Shown piece after piece: positions 38,656-48,899 of a DNA stretch of 64,000 nt; within the stretch, counting starts at the first letter, position 1; each line of letters starts with the position of its first letter. The stretch covers positions 1,760,001-1,824,000 of the forward strand of contig OY969724.1 of the NCBI GenBank assembly GCA_963702205.1, given 5' to 3'. The notes under the pieces were generated by a model that saw only the letters and a list, made by a program, of their open reading frames with translations, searched no databases and was not told the DNA's origin. The DNA is from an uncultured candidate division Zixibacteria bacterium. Its GTDB lineage: Bacteria > Zixibacteria > MSB-5A5 > GN15 > PGXB01. The translations under genes and the position numbers were made by a program.

Positions 38656-40197
38656 TTATCGACTAATATACTGCTCCGTCAATTCTTCGCTTCCCGCAAG
38701 GTCAAATACCTTGAACTCCTGAACCGGAATAGTCGTATCCCTGACAATATTAATTTTAAAGCTGTGTTGTTTCATCATAAGATTGATACGATTCTGCCCG
38801 GAGTTGAGAAGTTCCTCGGCCAATAGCGGGTTAACCGCCAGGCTGTAGCGTTTATGAACCCCGTCGATTCTGGCTCTTTTAAACCAGCGCTCGATTTTCA
38901 TGGCTACCGTCGCCCTTGAAAGTATGCGCCCCGAACCGTTACAGTGCGGGCACGGTTCCGACATGGCGTGCAAAAGCGATGGCCGGATTCTTTCGCGGGT
39001 CATCTCGATCAAGCCGAAATCAGTGACCGGATTGATAGCTCTCTTGGCCCGGTCGTGGCGAAAAGCGTTGCGGAATTCATCGAACAGGCGGCGTCTGTTT
39101 TCACGGCTGTACATATCGATAAAATCGCAGACAATCAGGCCGCCGATATCGCGAAGTCTTATTTGACGGGCAATTTCCTTGGCCGCTTCCATGTTAGTCC
39201 GGAGTATGGTCGATTCCTGATCGCCTTTGCCGACAAACCGCCCGGTGTTGACGTCAATAGTAACCATGGCCTCGGTCTGGTCGACAATAAGATACGATCC
39301 TTTCTTGATCCAGACCCGGCGGTCGAGCATTTTTTCTATTTCCTGTTCGGTTCGATACAGGTCAAACAGCTGCGTGTCGCCTTTGTACAGCTCGACCCGG
39401 CTTTTTAAATGCGGCATAACCTGACGCACGTAGGCCATGATAGCCCGATATTCCTCGCGGTTATCGACCAGCAGGCGGTCGACGTCGTCGGTGAAAATAT
39501 CGCGGATAATCGAGGTCGTGATTTCAACTTCCTTATGGATCAGCGCCGGGGCCTTCATGGTTTCGGCGCGTTTCATCATGCGCGACCAGAGCTTCATCAG
39601 CCTTTTAACGTCGTTTTGAAAATCTTTCTCGCTCCGGCCCTCGGCCTCGGTACGGGCGATAAACCCGAATCCATCAGGGCACAATGGCGAGACAATTTTT
39701 TTCAGCCGCCGTTTTTCGTTCCAGTTGGATATGCGGCGCGACACCCGGACGTGGTCGTCGTCGGGGACCAGCACCAGATACCGTCCGGGGAGAGACACTT
39801 CGGTCGTGACGCGCGGCCCCTTGGTCGAAATCGGTTCCTTGATAACCTGAATAAGCACGTCCTGACCTTCTTTGAGGACATTTTCGATGCCCTCGCGGCG
39901 ACGTTTGCGGACTATTTCCGCCGGAGGTTCGTCGTCGACATATTCCGGGTCATAATGTTCATGCTGGGTGACATCGCCAATGTCCGAGGCGTGCAAAAAG
40001 GCCGCCTTTTCCAAACCGATGTCGATAAAGGCTGCCTGCATGCCGGGCAGTACGGTTTTAATTTTACCTTTGTAAATATTCCCGACCAGTCGCTGGCTCT
40101 GGGGCTGTTCGATATACAGCTCCACCAGCCGGTCGTCTTCGAGGATCGCAACGCGGGTTTCGTATTCGGTGGCGTTGATCAGAATTTCCTTTTTCAT
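38656..40197 (-). CDS. rng: Ribonuclease G/E family
   Basis: GNIYKG, PGMQAAFIDIG, KEPISTKGPRVT, IDVNTG, LRDIGGLIVCDFIDM, CPHCNGSG. At 513 aa it is the short RNase G-like form. Confidence 0.9.
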   Translation of the reverse strand: MKKEILINATEYETRVAILEDDRLVELYIEQPQSQRLVGNIYKGKIKTVLPGMQAAFIDIGLEKAAFLHASDIGDVTQHEHYDPEYVDDEPPAEIVRKRRREGIENVLKEGQDVLIQVIKEPISTKGPRVTTEVSLPGRYLVLVPDDDHVRVSRRISNWNEKRRLKKIVSPLCPDGFGFIARTEAEGRSEKDFQNDVKRLMKLWSRMMKRAETMKAPALIHKEVEITTSIIRDIFTDDVDRLLVDNREEYRAIMAYVRQVMPHLKSRVELYKGDTQLFDLYRTEQEIEKMLDRRVWIKKGSYLIVDQTEAMVTIDVNTGRFVGKGDQESTILRTNMEAAKEIARQIRLRDIGGLIVCDFIDMYSRENRRRLFDEFRNAFRHDRAKRAINPVTDFGLIEMTRERIRPSLLHAMSEPCPHCNGSGRILSRATVAMKIERWFKRARIDGVHKRYSLAVNPLLAEELLNSGQNRINLMMKQHSFKINIVRDTTIPVQEFKVFDLAGSEELTEQYISR

Positions 40198-40215
40198 TTC
40201 AGTAATTTTCTCCGT

Positions 40216-41163
40216 TCAAGCGTGGGTGAAGGTGTCTTTTGAAGATGGTTGATAGCCGTGCAGAAAGGCCTCTCCGGTCATTTTCGATTTGCCCTCGATC
40301 AGCAACTCGCTGACTTCCAAAGCACCGTGCATCGCTGAAATAATCAGGCGACGCCTGTCCGGGATAATCCGGCCCGGTTCAAAACCGGCTTCGGGGGCAT
40401 GCTCGATAAATTTGGCCCGAAAGATCTTGACCTTTTTGCCCCGGAAGAACGTGAAAGCTCCCGGCGAGGTGGAAAGGCCGCGAATCAGGTTCACGATGCC
40501 TTTGGCGTCGGCATTCCAGTCAATCAGGCCGTCGTCGGCTAATATTTTCGGGGCCGGGGTCGCCAGAGAATCATCCTGTTCGATCAGGCTGTAACCGCCA
40601 GTTTCGATCAGGTCGAGAGTTTTTTCGATTACCAGGCCGGCCTGCAAAGACATGCGGGTATAAAGCTCGTCGAAAATCTCGTCAGGCTCAATCGCGATTT
40701 TTTCCTGATAGACAATCGATCCGGTATCGATATGTCTTTTGAGGAAAAAAGTCGTCAAGCCGGTTTCGGTTTCTCCGTTGATCAGGGCCCATTGGATCGG
40801 GGCGGCGCCGCGATATTTTGGCAGCAGCGAGCCGTGGAGATTGATGGCACCTTTCGGCGGCATTTCGAAAATTCTCGCTGGAAGAATCCGAAAAGCCACC
40901 ACGACAAAGATGTCGGCGGCGAATTCGGCCAATCCGGCGGCGAGTGTATCGTCTTTCAGAGATTCCGGGGTCAGAACCGGAAGATTGAAAGATATCGCGG
41001 CCTCTTTGACCGGTGTCGGCACGACCTTGCGGCCGCGCCCGGCCCGTTTATCGGGGCCGGTGACTACCGCCAGGACTTCGTGACGCGAATTTTGATGCAA
41101 ATACTCCAGCGGCCGCCGGGCAAAATCCGGCGTCCCCATGAAAACCATCTTCATAAAAGACAT
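40216..41163 (-). CDS. fmt: Methionyl-tRNA formyltransferase
   Basis: FMGTPDFA, NLHGSLLPKYRGAAPIQ; follows def. Confidence 0.96.
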   Translation of the reverse strand: MSFMKMVFMGTPDFARRPLEYLHQNSRHEVLAVVTGPDKRAGRGRKVVPTPVKEAAISFNLPVLTPESLKDDTLAAGLAEFAADIFVVVAFRILPARIFEMPPKGAINLHGSLLPKYRGAAPIQWALINGETETGLTTFFLKRHIDTGSIVYQEKIAIEPDEIFDELYTRMSLQAGLVIEKTLDLIETGGYSLIEQDDSLATPAPKILADDGLIDWNADAKGIVNLIRGLSTSPGAFTFFRGKKVKIFRAKFIEHAPEAGFEPGRIIPDRRRLIISAMHGALEVSELLIEGKSKMTGEAFLHGYQPSSKDTFTHA

Positions 41164-41189
41164 GTTGTCCGGGCGTGGAAGACGGGTCG

Positions 41190-41690
41190 TTACGATGCAG
41201 CCGCGAGACGGCGCAATTTGCCGCTCAGCATGGCGCGTGAAACCGACGATAGATAGTCGATAAAAAGTTTTCCATCGAGATGATCATATTCGTGCAATAT
41301 GGCTCGTGCCAATATGCCGTCGGCCTCCAGTTGGAATTCATTTCCGGTCAGATCAAGCGCCTTCACCTTTACGAATTCAGGGCGATTCAGCTTTTGAAAT
41401 ATGCCGGGAAATGATAAACATCCTTCTTCCATGGTAACTTCACCGGAAGCCTCAATAATCTCCGGATTTATAAAGACTCTGACGTCTTCGGTCAGGTCCA
41501 CCGGGGATAGATCCAAAATAAAAATTCTTTTCGATTCGCCCACCTGGGGCGCCGCCAAACCTAATCCTTTGGCATCCTTAAGGGTGGCAATCATTTCCGC
41601 CACCAAATCTTTTACTTCCTGATCGATCTCGTTTACCGGTTCGGCTTTCTTGCGCAAAACCTCGTTGCCGTATGTAACGATTTGTCTCAC
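41190..41690 (-). CDS. def: Peptide deformylase
   Basis: GLGLAAPQVG, EGCLS, HEYDHLDG. Confidence 0.97.
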   Translation of the reverse strand: MRQIVTYGNEVLRKKAEPVNEIDQEVKDLVAEMIATLKDAKGLGLAAPQVGESKRIFILDLSPVDLTEDVRVFINPEIIEASGEVTMEEGCLSFPGIFQKLNRPEFVKVKALDLTGNEFQLEADGILARAILHEYDHLDGKLFIDYLSSVSRAMLSGKLRRLAAAS

Positions 41691-41717
41691 AGCCTGGCCA
41701 TAGCTCCTAATATATAT

Positions 41718-42044
41718 TTATTTGTCAACTCGAGCCGCTATGGAGGTCTTCAAAAATTCGACTTTGACCTCATCGTTCAACTTCAAAACGATCGTGCCTC
41801 TGTCTTCATTGATGGCGAAAATAGTGGCATACATGCCGCTGTTTGTCACAACTTTATCGCCCTTCTTCAGCTCCGTTAGCAGCCTCTCGTGTTCTTTCTG
41901 TCTTTTCCGCTGCGGTCTGATCAGCAGCAAATACATGATCAGAAACAGCGGAATCATCATGCCCCAGGTGGCCAGAAATCCCCCGCTTCCTCCCGAAGCT
42001 CCGGCTCCACCCGCCATCCATAATAACAACAATGGATTGTCCAC
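41718..42044 (-). CDS. yajC: Preprotein translocase subunit YajC
   Basis: YLLLIRPQRKRQKE, LKKGDKVVT. Start placed at GTG 42044 after an AGGAG RBS. Confidence 0.92.
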   Translation of the reverse strand: MDNPLLLLWMAGGAGASGGSGGFLATWGMMIPLFLIMYLLLIRPQRKRQKEHERLLTELKKGDKVVTNSGMYATIFAINEDRGTIVLKLNDEVKVEFLKTSIAARVDK

Positions 42045-42241
42045 AGTTTCTCCTATTTTTATCGTCATGACTGCTCAAAAACTGAACAGGCATTATGGGT
42101 TTACAACCCAAAAATATACGAAAATCGCGTCGATTAGCCAAGCGATTAAATTGATGGTGTAAGTTATTTTGTTTTAGTCTGTTACAAGGGTCGGTAAAGA
42201 GGCAGGGGAATGATATAATTGTTCTTGACACAGCAGCCATT

Positions 42242-42270
42242 AAAAAAACCGCCGCGATGTGCGGCGGTTT
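42242..42270 (-). terminator. Intrinsic terminator downstream of the YtfJ-like gene
   Basis: Plus strand AAAAAAACCGCCGC-gatgt-GCGGCGGTTT, giving a hairpin plus T7 on the minus strand. Confidence 0.75.
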
Positions 42271-42291
42271 AAAAATAATAAACTTTCGATT

Positions 42292-42732
42292 TTAATACTG
42301 CGGCGGGTTGTCATCGCCGGTTTCAAAACCGCTTTCGGTGACTTCCGGGCCGGTATTGTCATCGGTTTTTTCTTTGGACATTTTATTTTTCAGGTCCCTG
42401 AGCTTGCCAAACAGGTCCGGCACGGCTTCGACCAAAGCATCGAGTTTGCCCGGTTTGGCCGAAAGCAGCGAGATTTTTTTCTCATCCATAATAATAAAGG
42501 CCGAGGGCTCGATTCTGGCCGCGCCGCCGCCGCCGCCGCCGAAACCGGCGCCTTTGTCGTTTCTCTCACCCTGGCCGCCGCCAGCACCGAAACCAACCGA
42601 AATTTTGACCACCGGAACCACCGTCTTGCCTCCGACCGTAATCGGATCGCCTATCACGGATTGTGATCGTGCGATTTCCTTCAGTTCGCCGACTATATCC
42701 TTTAAAATTTCCGATACTCTGTTATCAGCCAT
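42292..42732 (-). CDS. GerW/YtfJ family protein
   Basis: VIGDPI...VVPVVKISVGFGAGGG...GGGGGGAARIEPSAF. Confidence 0.88.
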   Translation of the reverse strand: MADNRVSEILKDIVGELKEIARSQSVIGDPITVGGKTVVPVVKISVGFGAGGGQGERNDKGAGFGGGGGGAARIEPSAFIIMDEKKISLLSAKPGKLDALVEAVPDLFGKLRDLKNKMSKEKTDDNTGPEVTESGFETGDDNPPQY

Positions 42733-43345
42733 AGCTGACTCCTTTCGTTCTCAATATGAAAAATCTTCTTATTTTCGTTCCGACTATATCGGTAAGTAAC
42801 CGAAGAATCAACCTTACTATATAGTACATTTTGATAGTTATCAGCCCTTTTCCATTGAAGGTGAGACAGTTCGATGAAAATTCCGGCGAAAATGTAATGT
42901 GTGACATAAAGCGCGGCGAGATGCCTTTGGCGGTCCAGTATATGGCGGCGGCATTGCCGGTATGATACGGGTCCTCAAATCCGCCCGCGATATTCAGGTT
43001 AAGATATCGGATGTGGATTTTTCTTAATAATTGAAGAGCCCATCGGGCATAGACGAATTTTAATTTCGGTATTTTGAATCTGCGTTTCCTGGCTTTGGGC
43101 TTTTCAATTGAAACTTTTTTAGCCTTTGCGGCTTTGGCCTTTTTGCCGGTTTTAATTTTTTTAATCCGAAATCCGGCCAGTCTGATTTCAAGATGCCGCT
43201 TTGGCAGATCGAATGAGACCGTCCCGAATAAAAAGGCCAGTGCCGCGAATTCGGCATCGTCACTGAATTCGAATTTCAGCCGCAGCGGCGAGGTCAGCAC
43301 TATCGCGACAAGCGCAACCAATATGACAAAAATAGTTATAAGCAT
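42725..43345 (-). CDS. DUF2953 (YtfI-like) membrane-anchored protein
   Basis: N-terminal TM, GFEDPYHTG motif, overlaps the ytfJ-like gene as in ytfI-ytfJ pairs. Confidence 0.65.
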   Translation of the reverse strand: MLITIFVILVALVAIVLTSPLRLKFEFSDDAEFAALAFLFGTVSFDLPKRHLEIRLAGFRIKKIKTGKKAKAAKAKKVSIEKPKARKRRFKIPKLKFVYARWALQLLRKIHIRYLNLNIAGGFEDPYHTGNAAAIYWTAKGISPRFMSHITFSPEFSSNCLTFNGKGLITIKMYYIVRLILRLLTDIVGTKIRRFFILRTKGVSYG

Positions 43346-43389
43346 GGCTCTCTTATCAATATCGGACGATTTTTATATGATCGTAGTTG

Positions 43390-44061
43390 CTATTTTGTTT
43401 CCGCCGACGGACATAATTTTGCCAGCGGGCAGTGGCCACAGTCCGGCCTGCGGGCTTTGCACCGCGCCCGGCCGTGGTCGATCATCAGATGTGTAAATTT
43501 GATCCAGTCTTTATGCGGAATAATCTCCATCAGGTCCCGCTCGATTTTGACCGGGTCGGCCTCAGAAGTAAATCCCAGCTTGTTGGATATGCGTTTGACA
43601 TGCGTATCGACCACGATGCCCTCGGCAAGGCCGAACGCCTCGCCCAGCACCGCCGATCCGGTTTTGCGGCCGACTCCCGGAAGCGCCACCATCTCGTCGA
43701 GCGTGCGCGGCATCTCGCCGCCGTATTGTTCGACAATGATCTTCGATGAGTTTTTTATCCCCTTAGCTTTATTGTGGAAAAAACCGGTTGAACGGATGTC
43801 ATTTTCGAGATCTTTGATGTCGGCGACGGCAAAAGCCTTGACAGTCTTATATTTCCTGAACAGGTCCGGTGTGACCATATTGACGCGCTCATCGGTGCAC
43901 TGGGCCGAGAGTATGGTCGCCACCAATAGCTGATGAGGCGTCTTATAAACGAGCGAGCATTTTGAATCGGGGTACGTTTTCCTGAGCAGAGCAATTATCT
44001 TTTTGGCCCGCGACTTAAGCTGCTCTGATGTTTCTTTGGTTTTCTTCGTAGATGGTGTCAT
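43390..44061 (-). CDS. nth: Endonuclease III
   Basis: LLVATILSAQCTD, LPGVGRKT, VDTHV, and the Fe-S motif CKARRPDCGHCPLAKLC. Confidence 0.96.
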   Translation of the reverse strand: MTPSTKKTKETSEQLKSRAKKIIALLRKTYPDSKCSLVYKTPHQLLVATILSAQCTDERVNMVTPDLFRKYKTVKAFAVADIKDLENDIRSTGFFHNKAKGIKNSSKIIVEQYGGEMPRTLDEMVALPGVGRKTGSAVLGEAFGLAEGIVVDTHVKRISNKLGFTSEADPVKIERDLMEIIPHKDWIKFTHLMIDHGRARCKARRPDCGHCPLAKLCPSAETK

Positions 44062-44065
44062 AGGA

Positions 44066-44926
44066 TCAATATTTCAAAAAAGCGAGCCGGTCGATATCGT
44101 TTAGGTCCCTCATAATAGTATACGATTTGTACCGGCCGTCGGCTTGGACCGTTTCCGCCACTTTTTCCGACTGATCATAACCGATCTCGAACATGACCGC
44201 GCCGCCTTCGGCCAGATAGTCGGGCGCGGATTTTATGATGCGATTAATTATATCCATCCCTTCGCTTCCTGAGACCAGCGAGATTTTGGGGTCGGCCAGG
44301 ACTTCGGGGGGAAGACCCTCGTATTCGCCGTCGGATATGTACGGTGGGTTGGACAAAATCAAATCGAATTTAATGTTCGAATCCAGAGCGGCGAACAGAT
44401 CGGAACAAATAAATTCTATTCGCTTCTCGACTTTGTGAGTCTTGGCATTCTTTTGGGCGACCTTGATGGCACCCTCGGATATATCCACCGACGTTATCCG
44501 GGCTTTTTCATATTCCGCGGCAACCGTAACCGATATCACGCCCGAACCGACCCCCAAATCCAGCACCTGTGCCATTTCCAGATTTTTGTATTTCAGGAAA
44601 TTAATGGCTGTCAGGCACAGCAGTTCTGTCTCCGGGGTCGGAACCATGACATCGGGACTGACAAAAAATTTCCGCCCGTAAAACCACGATTCTTCTAATA
44701 TATATTGCAGGGGATAGCGGGTCATGCGCCGGTCGATTATTTTGTTGAATTGCTTAATAATTTCATCGTTGATCAGACGATCGCCGTGTAAATAGAGGTC
44801 GATTCTTTCGATATCAAGCAGGGACAACAGGACAAGTTCCACCTCGGCGGCGGGTGAATCGATTCCGGCCTGTCGCAGCCGGTCTTCGGCATTTTTGATA
44901 AGTTGATGGAATTGCTGCCGGTCCAT
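44066..44926 (-). CDS. prmC: Release factor glutamine methyltransferase
   Basis: PLQYI, PTPETE, DLGVGSG, SNPPYI, EIGYDQ. Confidence 0.93.
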   Translation of the reverse strand: MDRQQFHQLIKNAEDRLRQAGIDSPAAEVELVLLSLLDIERIDLYLHGDRLINDEIIKQFNKIIDRRMTRYPLQYILEESWFYGRKFFVSPDVMVPTPETELLCLTAINFLKYKNLEMAQVLDLGVGSGVISVTVAAEYEKARITSVDISEGAIKVAQKNAKTHKVEKRIEFICSDLFAALDSNIKFDLILSNPPYISDGEYEGLPPEVLADPKISLVSGSEGMDIINRIIKSAPDYLAEGGAVMFEIGYDQSEKVAETVQADGRYKSYTIMRDLNDIDRLAFLKY

Positions 44927-44927
44927 A

Positions 44928-45149
44928 TCAATCCGGCAGCGGCCCGAACAGCCCCCATTCCATTAAGGCCTGCCTGTCGGGCGGGGTGGCGCAGCCGCAA
45001 CGTCGGTCGCCCTGATGCCGTAACTCAGGTTTGTGATTTCGTCCATGTGCAGGGCTATGCTCGGGCGGTTCGGCCAGAGGGATTTGCCGTAAAAGAACGA
45101 TTCCTCCGATAAGGATCGAACCGCTTTTTATAAAATCTCGTCTCAGCAT
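44928..45149 (-). CDS. Small protein (73 aa) with a twin-arginine-like leader
   Basis: MLRRDFIKSG followed by a hydrophobic stretch. Start overlaps the tldE stop by 7 nt and the stop lies 1 nt before the prmC start. Confidence 0.5.
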   Translation of the reverse strand: MLRRDFIKSGSILIGGIVLLRQIPLAEPPEHSPAHGRNHKPELRHQGDRRCGCATPPDRQALMEWGLFGPLPD

Positions 45150-46501
45150 TTGGAATCATCCTCGGCTTCGGTAACCAGGTTGAAATTGTCGATTTTCATG
45201 GCGGGCACTTTCATAAGGATCGAATATTGCGGATAGACCACCCGGTCTTTGGACAGAGCCGTGATATTCGAAAAGGCGTCGAGTATCGATTGGTTGGTGC
45301 GCATGTTCCGAATCGGTGACGTTATTTCGCCATGCTCGATCTGGAAAGTCCCATCGCGGGTGGTTCCGGTGACCATGGTTTGCATCGGATTTAAAAAGTT
45401 CAGGTACCAGAAGTGCGTTATATAGACACCCTTTTCGGTATTCTTGATCATCTCGGGAATCGACGAATCACCTGCGGCGACGACCATATTTTTTGGGTAC
45501 GGACCATAGCTATTGTCGGGAGCGAGAGCGCTGCCGGTCGATTGGGTGTTCAACAGATTGGCGTAGTACGAATTATAAACCACACCTTTGGCGATGCCGT
45601 TCTCTATCAATTGGACTTTCTTTCTCGGTGTGCCTTCATAATCAATCAGGGGAGAGGCAAAATCGGGATCGAAGGGGTCTTCCGCCACCGTGAAATTTTC
45701 GCCGGCGATTTTATCGCCGATTTTTCCGGCCATAAACGAACGGTGCTGGTACAGCGTCGCGCACCCGAACCCCATAAAGGACAGAAGAATCAAGAGCTGC
45801 CCGACCGCGGCCGGTTCCAGTATGACCGTGTACTTACCATCTTCGAGCGCAATGGGATCCTTCGATGATGCCGCCTTTTGCAGCGCCGCGAAAGCCAGGT
45901 TTTCGGTGTCTATCTTCGAAGCGTCGTGGTTGTAGGCCATACTCCAGCCGGAATTGTTCTCTTTGCCCGCCAGTGTCATGCTTATCTGCGCCTGATTGCC
46001 GGTGAAATATCGTGATACGCCCAGCGAATTGGCTACGGCCAGAGTCTTTTGCTCGATGCGGAACGCCCCCGACGAATCGCAATAGCCCTGTTGGGCGACT
46101 TCGAAAATTCTGGCAATGGCTTCCGCTCGCTGCGTGGGACCGAATGAAGCCGTGTCTTCAGATACAAGGTTCTCGGTGACCTTCTCATCCGAAGGTTTCT
46201 CCAGAGAAATGAAATCTTCGTCGGGCACCATATACGCCAGCATCGCTTCGCAATCGGCGACGGCCTTCTTGATACCGGTTGGCGACAGATCGCCGGTCGA
46301 AATTACACCGAGCTTTTTATCTTTGACGCATCGGATGTAAAGTGCGGTTTCGTCCTGATCGATATGATCGGTTATACGATGCTCCGCAAAACGGGTGAGC
46401 GCCAGGCGGTTTTGCTCTATGACCGCTTCGGCCATGTCCGACGTGGAATACGACAAAGCCGCTTTGAGCATTTCCCGGGCTTTTTCTTTGTCGATTATCA
46501 T
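45143..46501 (-). CDS. tldE: TldE/PmbA family protein
   Basis: LTRFA, GKYTVILEPAAV, DYEG, TGTTRDG, no HExxxH. Start placed at 46501 (ATGA overlap with tldD). Confidence 0.85.
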   Translation of the reverse strand: MIIDKEKAREMLKAALSYSTSDMAEAVIEQNRLALTRFAEHRITDHIDQDETALYIRCVKDKKLGVISTGDLSPTGIKKAVADCEAMLAYMVPDEDFISLEKPSDEKVTENLVSEDTASFGPTQRAEAIARIFEVAQQGYCDSSGAFRIEQKTLAVANSLGVSRYFTGNQAQISMTLAGKENNSGWSMAYNHDASKIDTENLAFAALQKAASSKDPIALEDGKYTVILEPAAVGQLLILLSFMGFGCATLYQHRSFMAGKIGDKIAGENFTVAEDPFDPDFASPLIDYEGTPRKKVQLIENGIAKGVVYNSYYANLLNTQSTGSALAPDNSYGPYPKNMVVAAGDSSIPEMIKNTEKGVYITHFWYLNFLNPMQTMVTGTTRDGTFQIEHGEITSPIRNMRTNQSILDAFSNITALSKDRVVYPQYSILMKVPAMKIDNFNLVTEAEDDSKC

Positions 46502-47964
46502 GACCCGGTTCCGATCTCTACTTTGTCGAAGCGGCACGGCGAGGCACCCTGGGCCGTACGGGCGTTTTGCCCCGGCTGGCCTTTGCCGCAGTTGGGTGTG
46601 CCCCAGATGCGGTACGAATTTTTGTCGGCGATGCCCGAGCAGCTGTTCCAGAATTCGGTCGTGCAGCCCGAATAGGTCGGGTTTTTTATCGGGGTGGTCA
46701 GCTTGCCGCCCTCAATTAGCCAGCCGATTTCACAGCCGAACTGGAAATAACGCCGTTCATCGTCGATCGACCATGAATTGACCGTATCCATGTAAATTCC
46801 ATCGTCGATTTCCGACAATAACTGCTCAAAACTCTTATCGCCGGGGACCATGTCTATACCGGGGATGCGCACTATCGGTACATTGATCCAGCTGTTGGCG
46901 CGCATGCAGGCCGTCGATTCACGACCGATCCGCGCCGCCGTCTCGCGTGATGATAAATAATTGACCAGCACACCGTCTTTGATAAGCGGCGTCCGTCGGG
47001 TCGGGACGCCTTCGTCGTCGTAGCCGTACGACCCCAGTCCGTGGGGCGTGGTTGAGTCACACATAACCGTGACGATATCGGAGGCATATTTCAACGTGCC
47101 CAGCTGGTCGGGCGTAGCGAACGACGTCCCGGAAAAATCGCGCTCGGCCCCGAACACCCGGTCCAGTTCGAGCGGATGACCGATTGATTCGTGCATTTGC
47201 AACGAAACCTGGTCGCCGGACAGAAGAATGGTCGTCGTTTTTTGCGGGCAGTCTTCCGCCGACAAAAGCATTTTCAGCTCTTCGGCCAAGCGCGGGATAT
47301 TATCTTTGAATTTAAGTTCATCCAGAAGCTCATAGCCTTTGCACTCATACTGTCCCGCCGACGTCGGGAAGGAGCGTTCATAACGCTCGCGATGAGACTT
47401 GGACAGGCCCAGGGAGAGCCCGCCCCCGGTCTGGACCAGAAGCTGCGAGATATCAGCCCCATCGCCGGAAGCGAAATATTTTTCGCGCCGACGGAACGAG
47501 GCAAAGACATTACGATTAATCATGCCGTCGACCCCGGCCTCGGTCATGGCCCGGTCGACGTCCTGTAAAAAAGAAATTTTCTCATCCAGCGGTACCTTGA
47601 ATGGGTCGATTTTATATATCGAAATGTATTCATCGCTGATCGGTTTGACCGGCGCCAGCTCGATGCTCGCCTTGTTAACCATCGCCGAGGCCTCGGCAAT
47701 ATCGACCGCCAGCCGGGTCTTTTCGTGAATGGCTCTTTCGCTCAAATCGTCGGTCGACGCAAACCCCCAGGCGCCGTTTTTGATGACCCTGATGCCGATC
47801 CCGATCGAGAGGCTGTTCTCAATCGGCTCGACCGTGCCGTTGGCAACGGTAATGTTCTGATCCTCAATGGCCTCGATACGGACGTCGGCGTACGTAACCC
47901 CGAATTTGCGGGCGTCGTCGAGCGCGATTTGCGCCAGTTTTTTCTTATTCAACTCGTTCAGCAT
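46498..47964 (-). CDS. tldD: TldD family metalloprotease
   Basis: GIGIRVIKNGAWGFAS, HESIGHPLELD, YDDEGV, NCGKGQP. Confidence 0.9.
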   Translation of the reverse strand: MLNELNKKKLAQIALDDARKFGVTYADVRIEAIEDQNITVANGTVEPIENSLSIGIGIRVIKNGAWGFASTDDLSERAIHEKTRLAVDIAEASAMVNKASIELAPVKPISDEYISIYKIDPFKVPLDEKISFLQDVDRAMTEAGVDGMINRNVFASFRRREKYFASGDGADISQLLVQTGGGLSLGLSKSHRERYERSFPTSAGQYECKGYELLDELKFKDNIPRLAEELKMLLSAEDCPQKTTTILLSGDQVSLQMHESIGHPLELDRVFGAERDFSGTSFATPDQLGTLKYASDIVTVMCDSTTPHGLGSYGYDDEGVPTRRTPLIKDGVLVNYLSSRETAARIGRESTACMRANSWINVPIVRIPGIDMVPGDKSFEQLLSEIDDGIYMDTVNSWSIDDERRYFQFGCEIGWLIEGGKLTTPIKNPTYSGCTTEFWNSCSGIADKNSYRIWGTPNCGKGQPGQNARTAQGASPCRFDKVEIGTGS

Positions 47965-48021
47965 AAGAACTTTAATATAGTCGTCGTGTTATAAAACTGT
48001 CAACCAAATTGAAATGAAAGA

Positions 48022-48050
48022 TTGCCAGATTTTTAAAATTTTGTTATACT
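48022..48050 (+). promoter_or_regulatory. Candidate sigma70 promoter for the gene at 48090
   Basis: TTGCCA-N17-TATACT with an extended -10 (TGt). Confidence 0.5.
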
Positions 48051-48089
48051 GGCCGGAAATTAATATTAAAGACTTCTGAGGTCTATATT

Positions 48090-48899
48090 ATGATGAAATC
48101 AATCGTCCTGTGGATAATTGCCGTTGTTTTGACGCTGGCTTCGATTACTTTTCAGCGCCTGACCGGTCCGACCCATCCGACCTACGGCTCGGTGACAATC
48201 GGCGGCCAAAAAATAAAATACAGTTTGCCGCGCTCGGCAACCTCGACTATGGATGAGGAAATAAAGGTAAAGGCCACCGATCTGAACATCACCGGCCAAA
48301 TCAGATTCCGGAGATATAAAAGCTACGATGAATGGACCACGGCTTATATGAAGCGGGAAGGTGATAATCTTAGCTATTTCATCCCCAAACAACCGATGGC
48401 CGGTAAGGTCATGTATCAGGTGACGTTGACCGATCAGGCCGGTAACTCCAAACCGTTAACGGATGAACCGGTCATTATGCGTTTCAAGGACCCGGTGCCG
48501 GATTTTATTCTCTTTCCTCACATATTTTTCATGCTGGCCTGGATGTTCATGGCGACCCGGACCGGCCTGCAGGCTTTTGTTAGAGGAAAATCCCTGTTTA
48601 AATATACTCTGGTCACCACTATTTTCGTAATCTGCGGCGGGCTGATTCTCGGTCCCTTAGTGCAGAAGTTCGCCTTCCACGCTTTCTGGACCGGCTGGCC
48701 CATAGGCCACGATCTGACCGACAACAAAACGATCATAGCCTTTATTTTCTGGGTAATCGCTTTGTGGCGGGTCAAAAAAGGCAGGGGGCGCGGTTGGGTT
48801 ATTGCCGCGGCTGTATTGACTCTGGTCGTATATTTAATACCACACAGCACCCTCGGATCGGAAATCGACTATACCAAGCTGCCGCAAGCGGGCAATTAA
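48090..48899 (+). CDS. Hypothetical membrane protein
   Basis: N-terminal TM, soluble beta domain, about four C-terminal TMs with WTGWPIGHDLTDNKT. No function recognised. Confidence 0.7.
   Translation: MMKSIVLWIIAVVLTLASITFQRLTGPTHPTYGSVTIGGQKIKYSLPRSATSTMDEEIKVKATDLNITGQIRFRRYKSYDEWTTAYMKREGDNLSYFIPKQPMAGKVMYQVTLTDQAGNSKPLTDEPVIMRFKDPVPDFILFPHIFFMLAWMFMATRTGLQAFVRGKSLFKYTLVTTIFVICGGLILGPLVQKFAFHAFWTGWPIGHDLTDNKTIIAFIFWVIALWRVKKGRGRGWVIAAAVLTLVVYLIPHSTLGSEIDYTKLPQAGN

Noticed and set aside
42520..42545. GCC repeat run as a tandem repeat or phase-variation tract
   Set aside because: It encodes the poly-Gly motif typical of YtfJ proteins.
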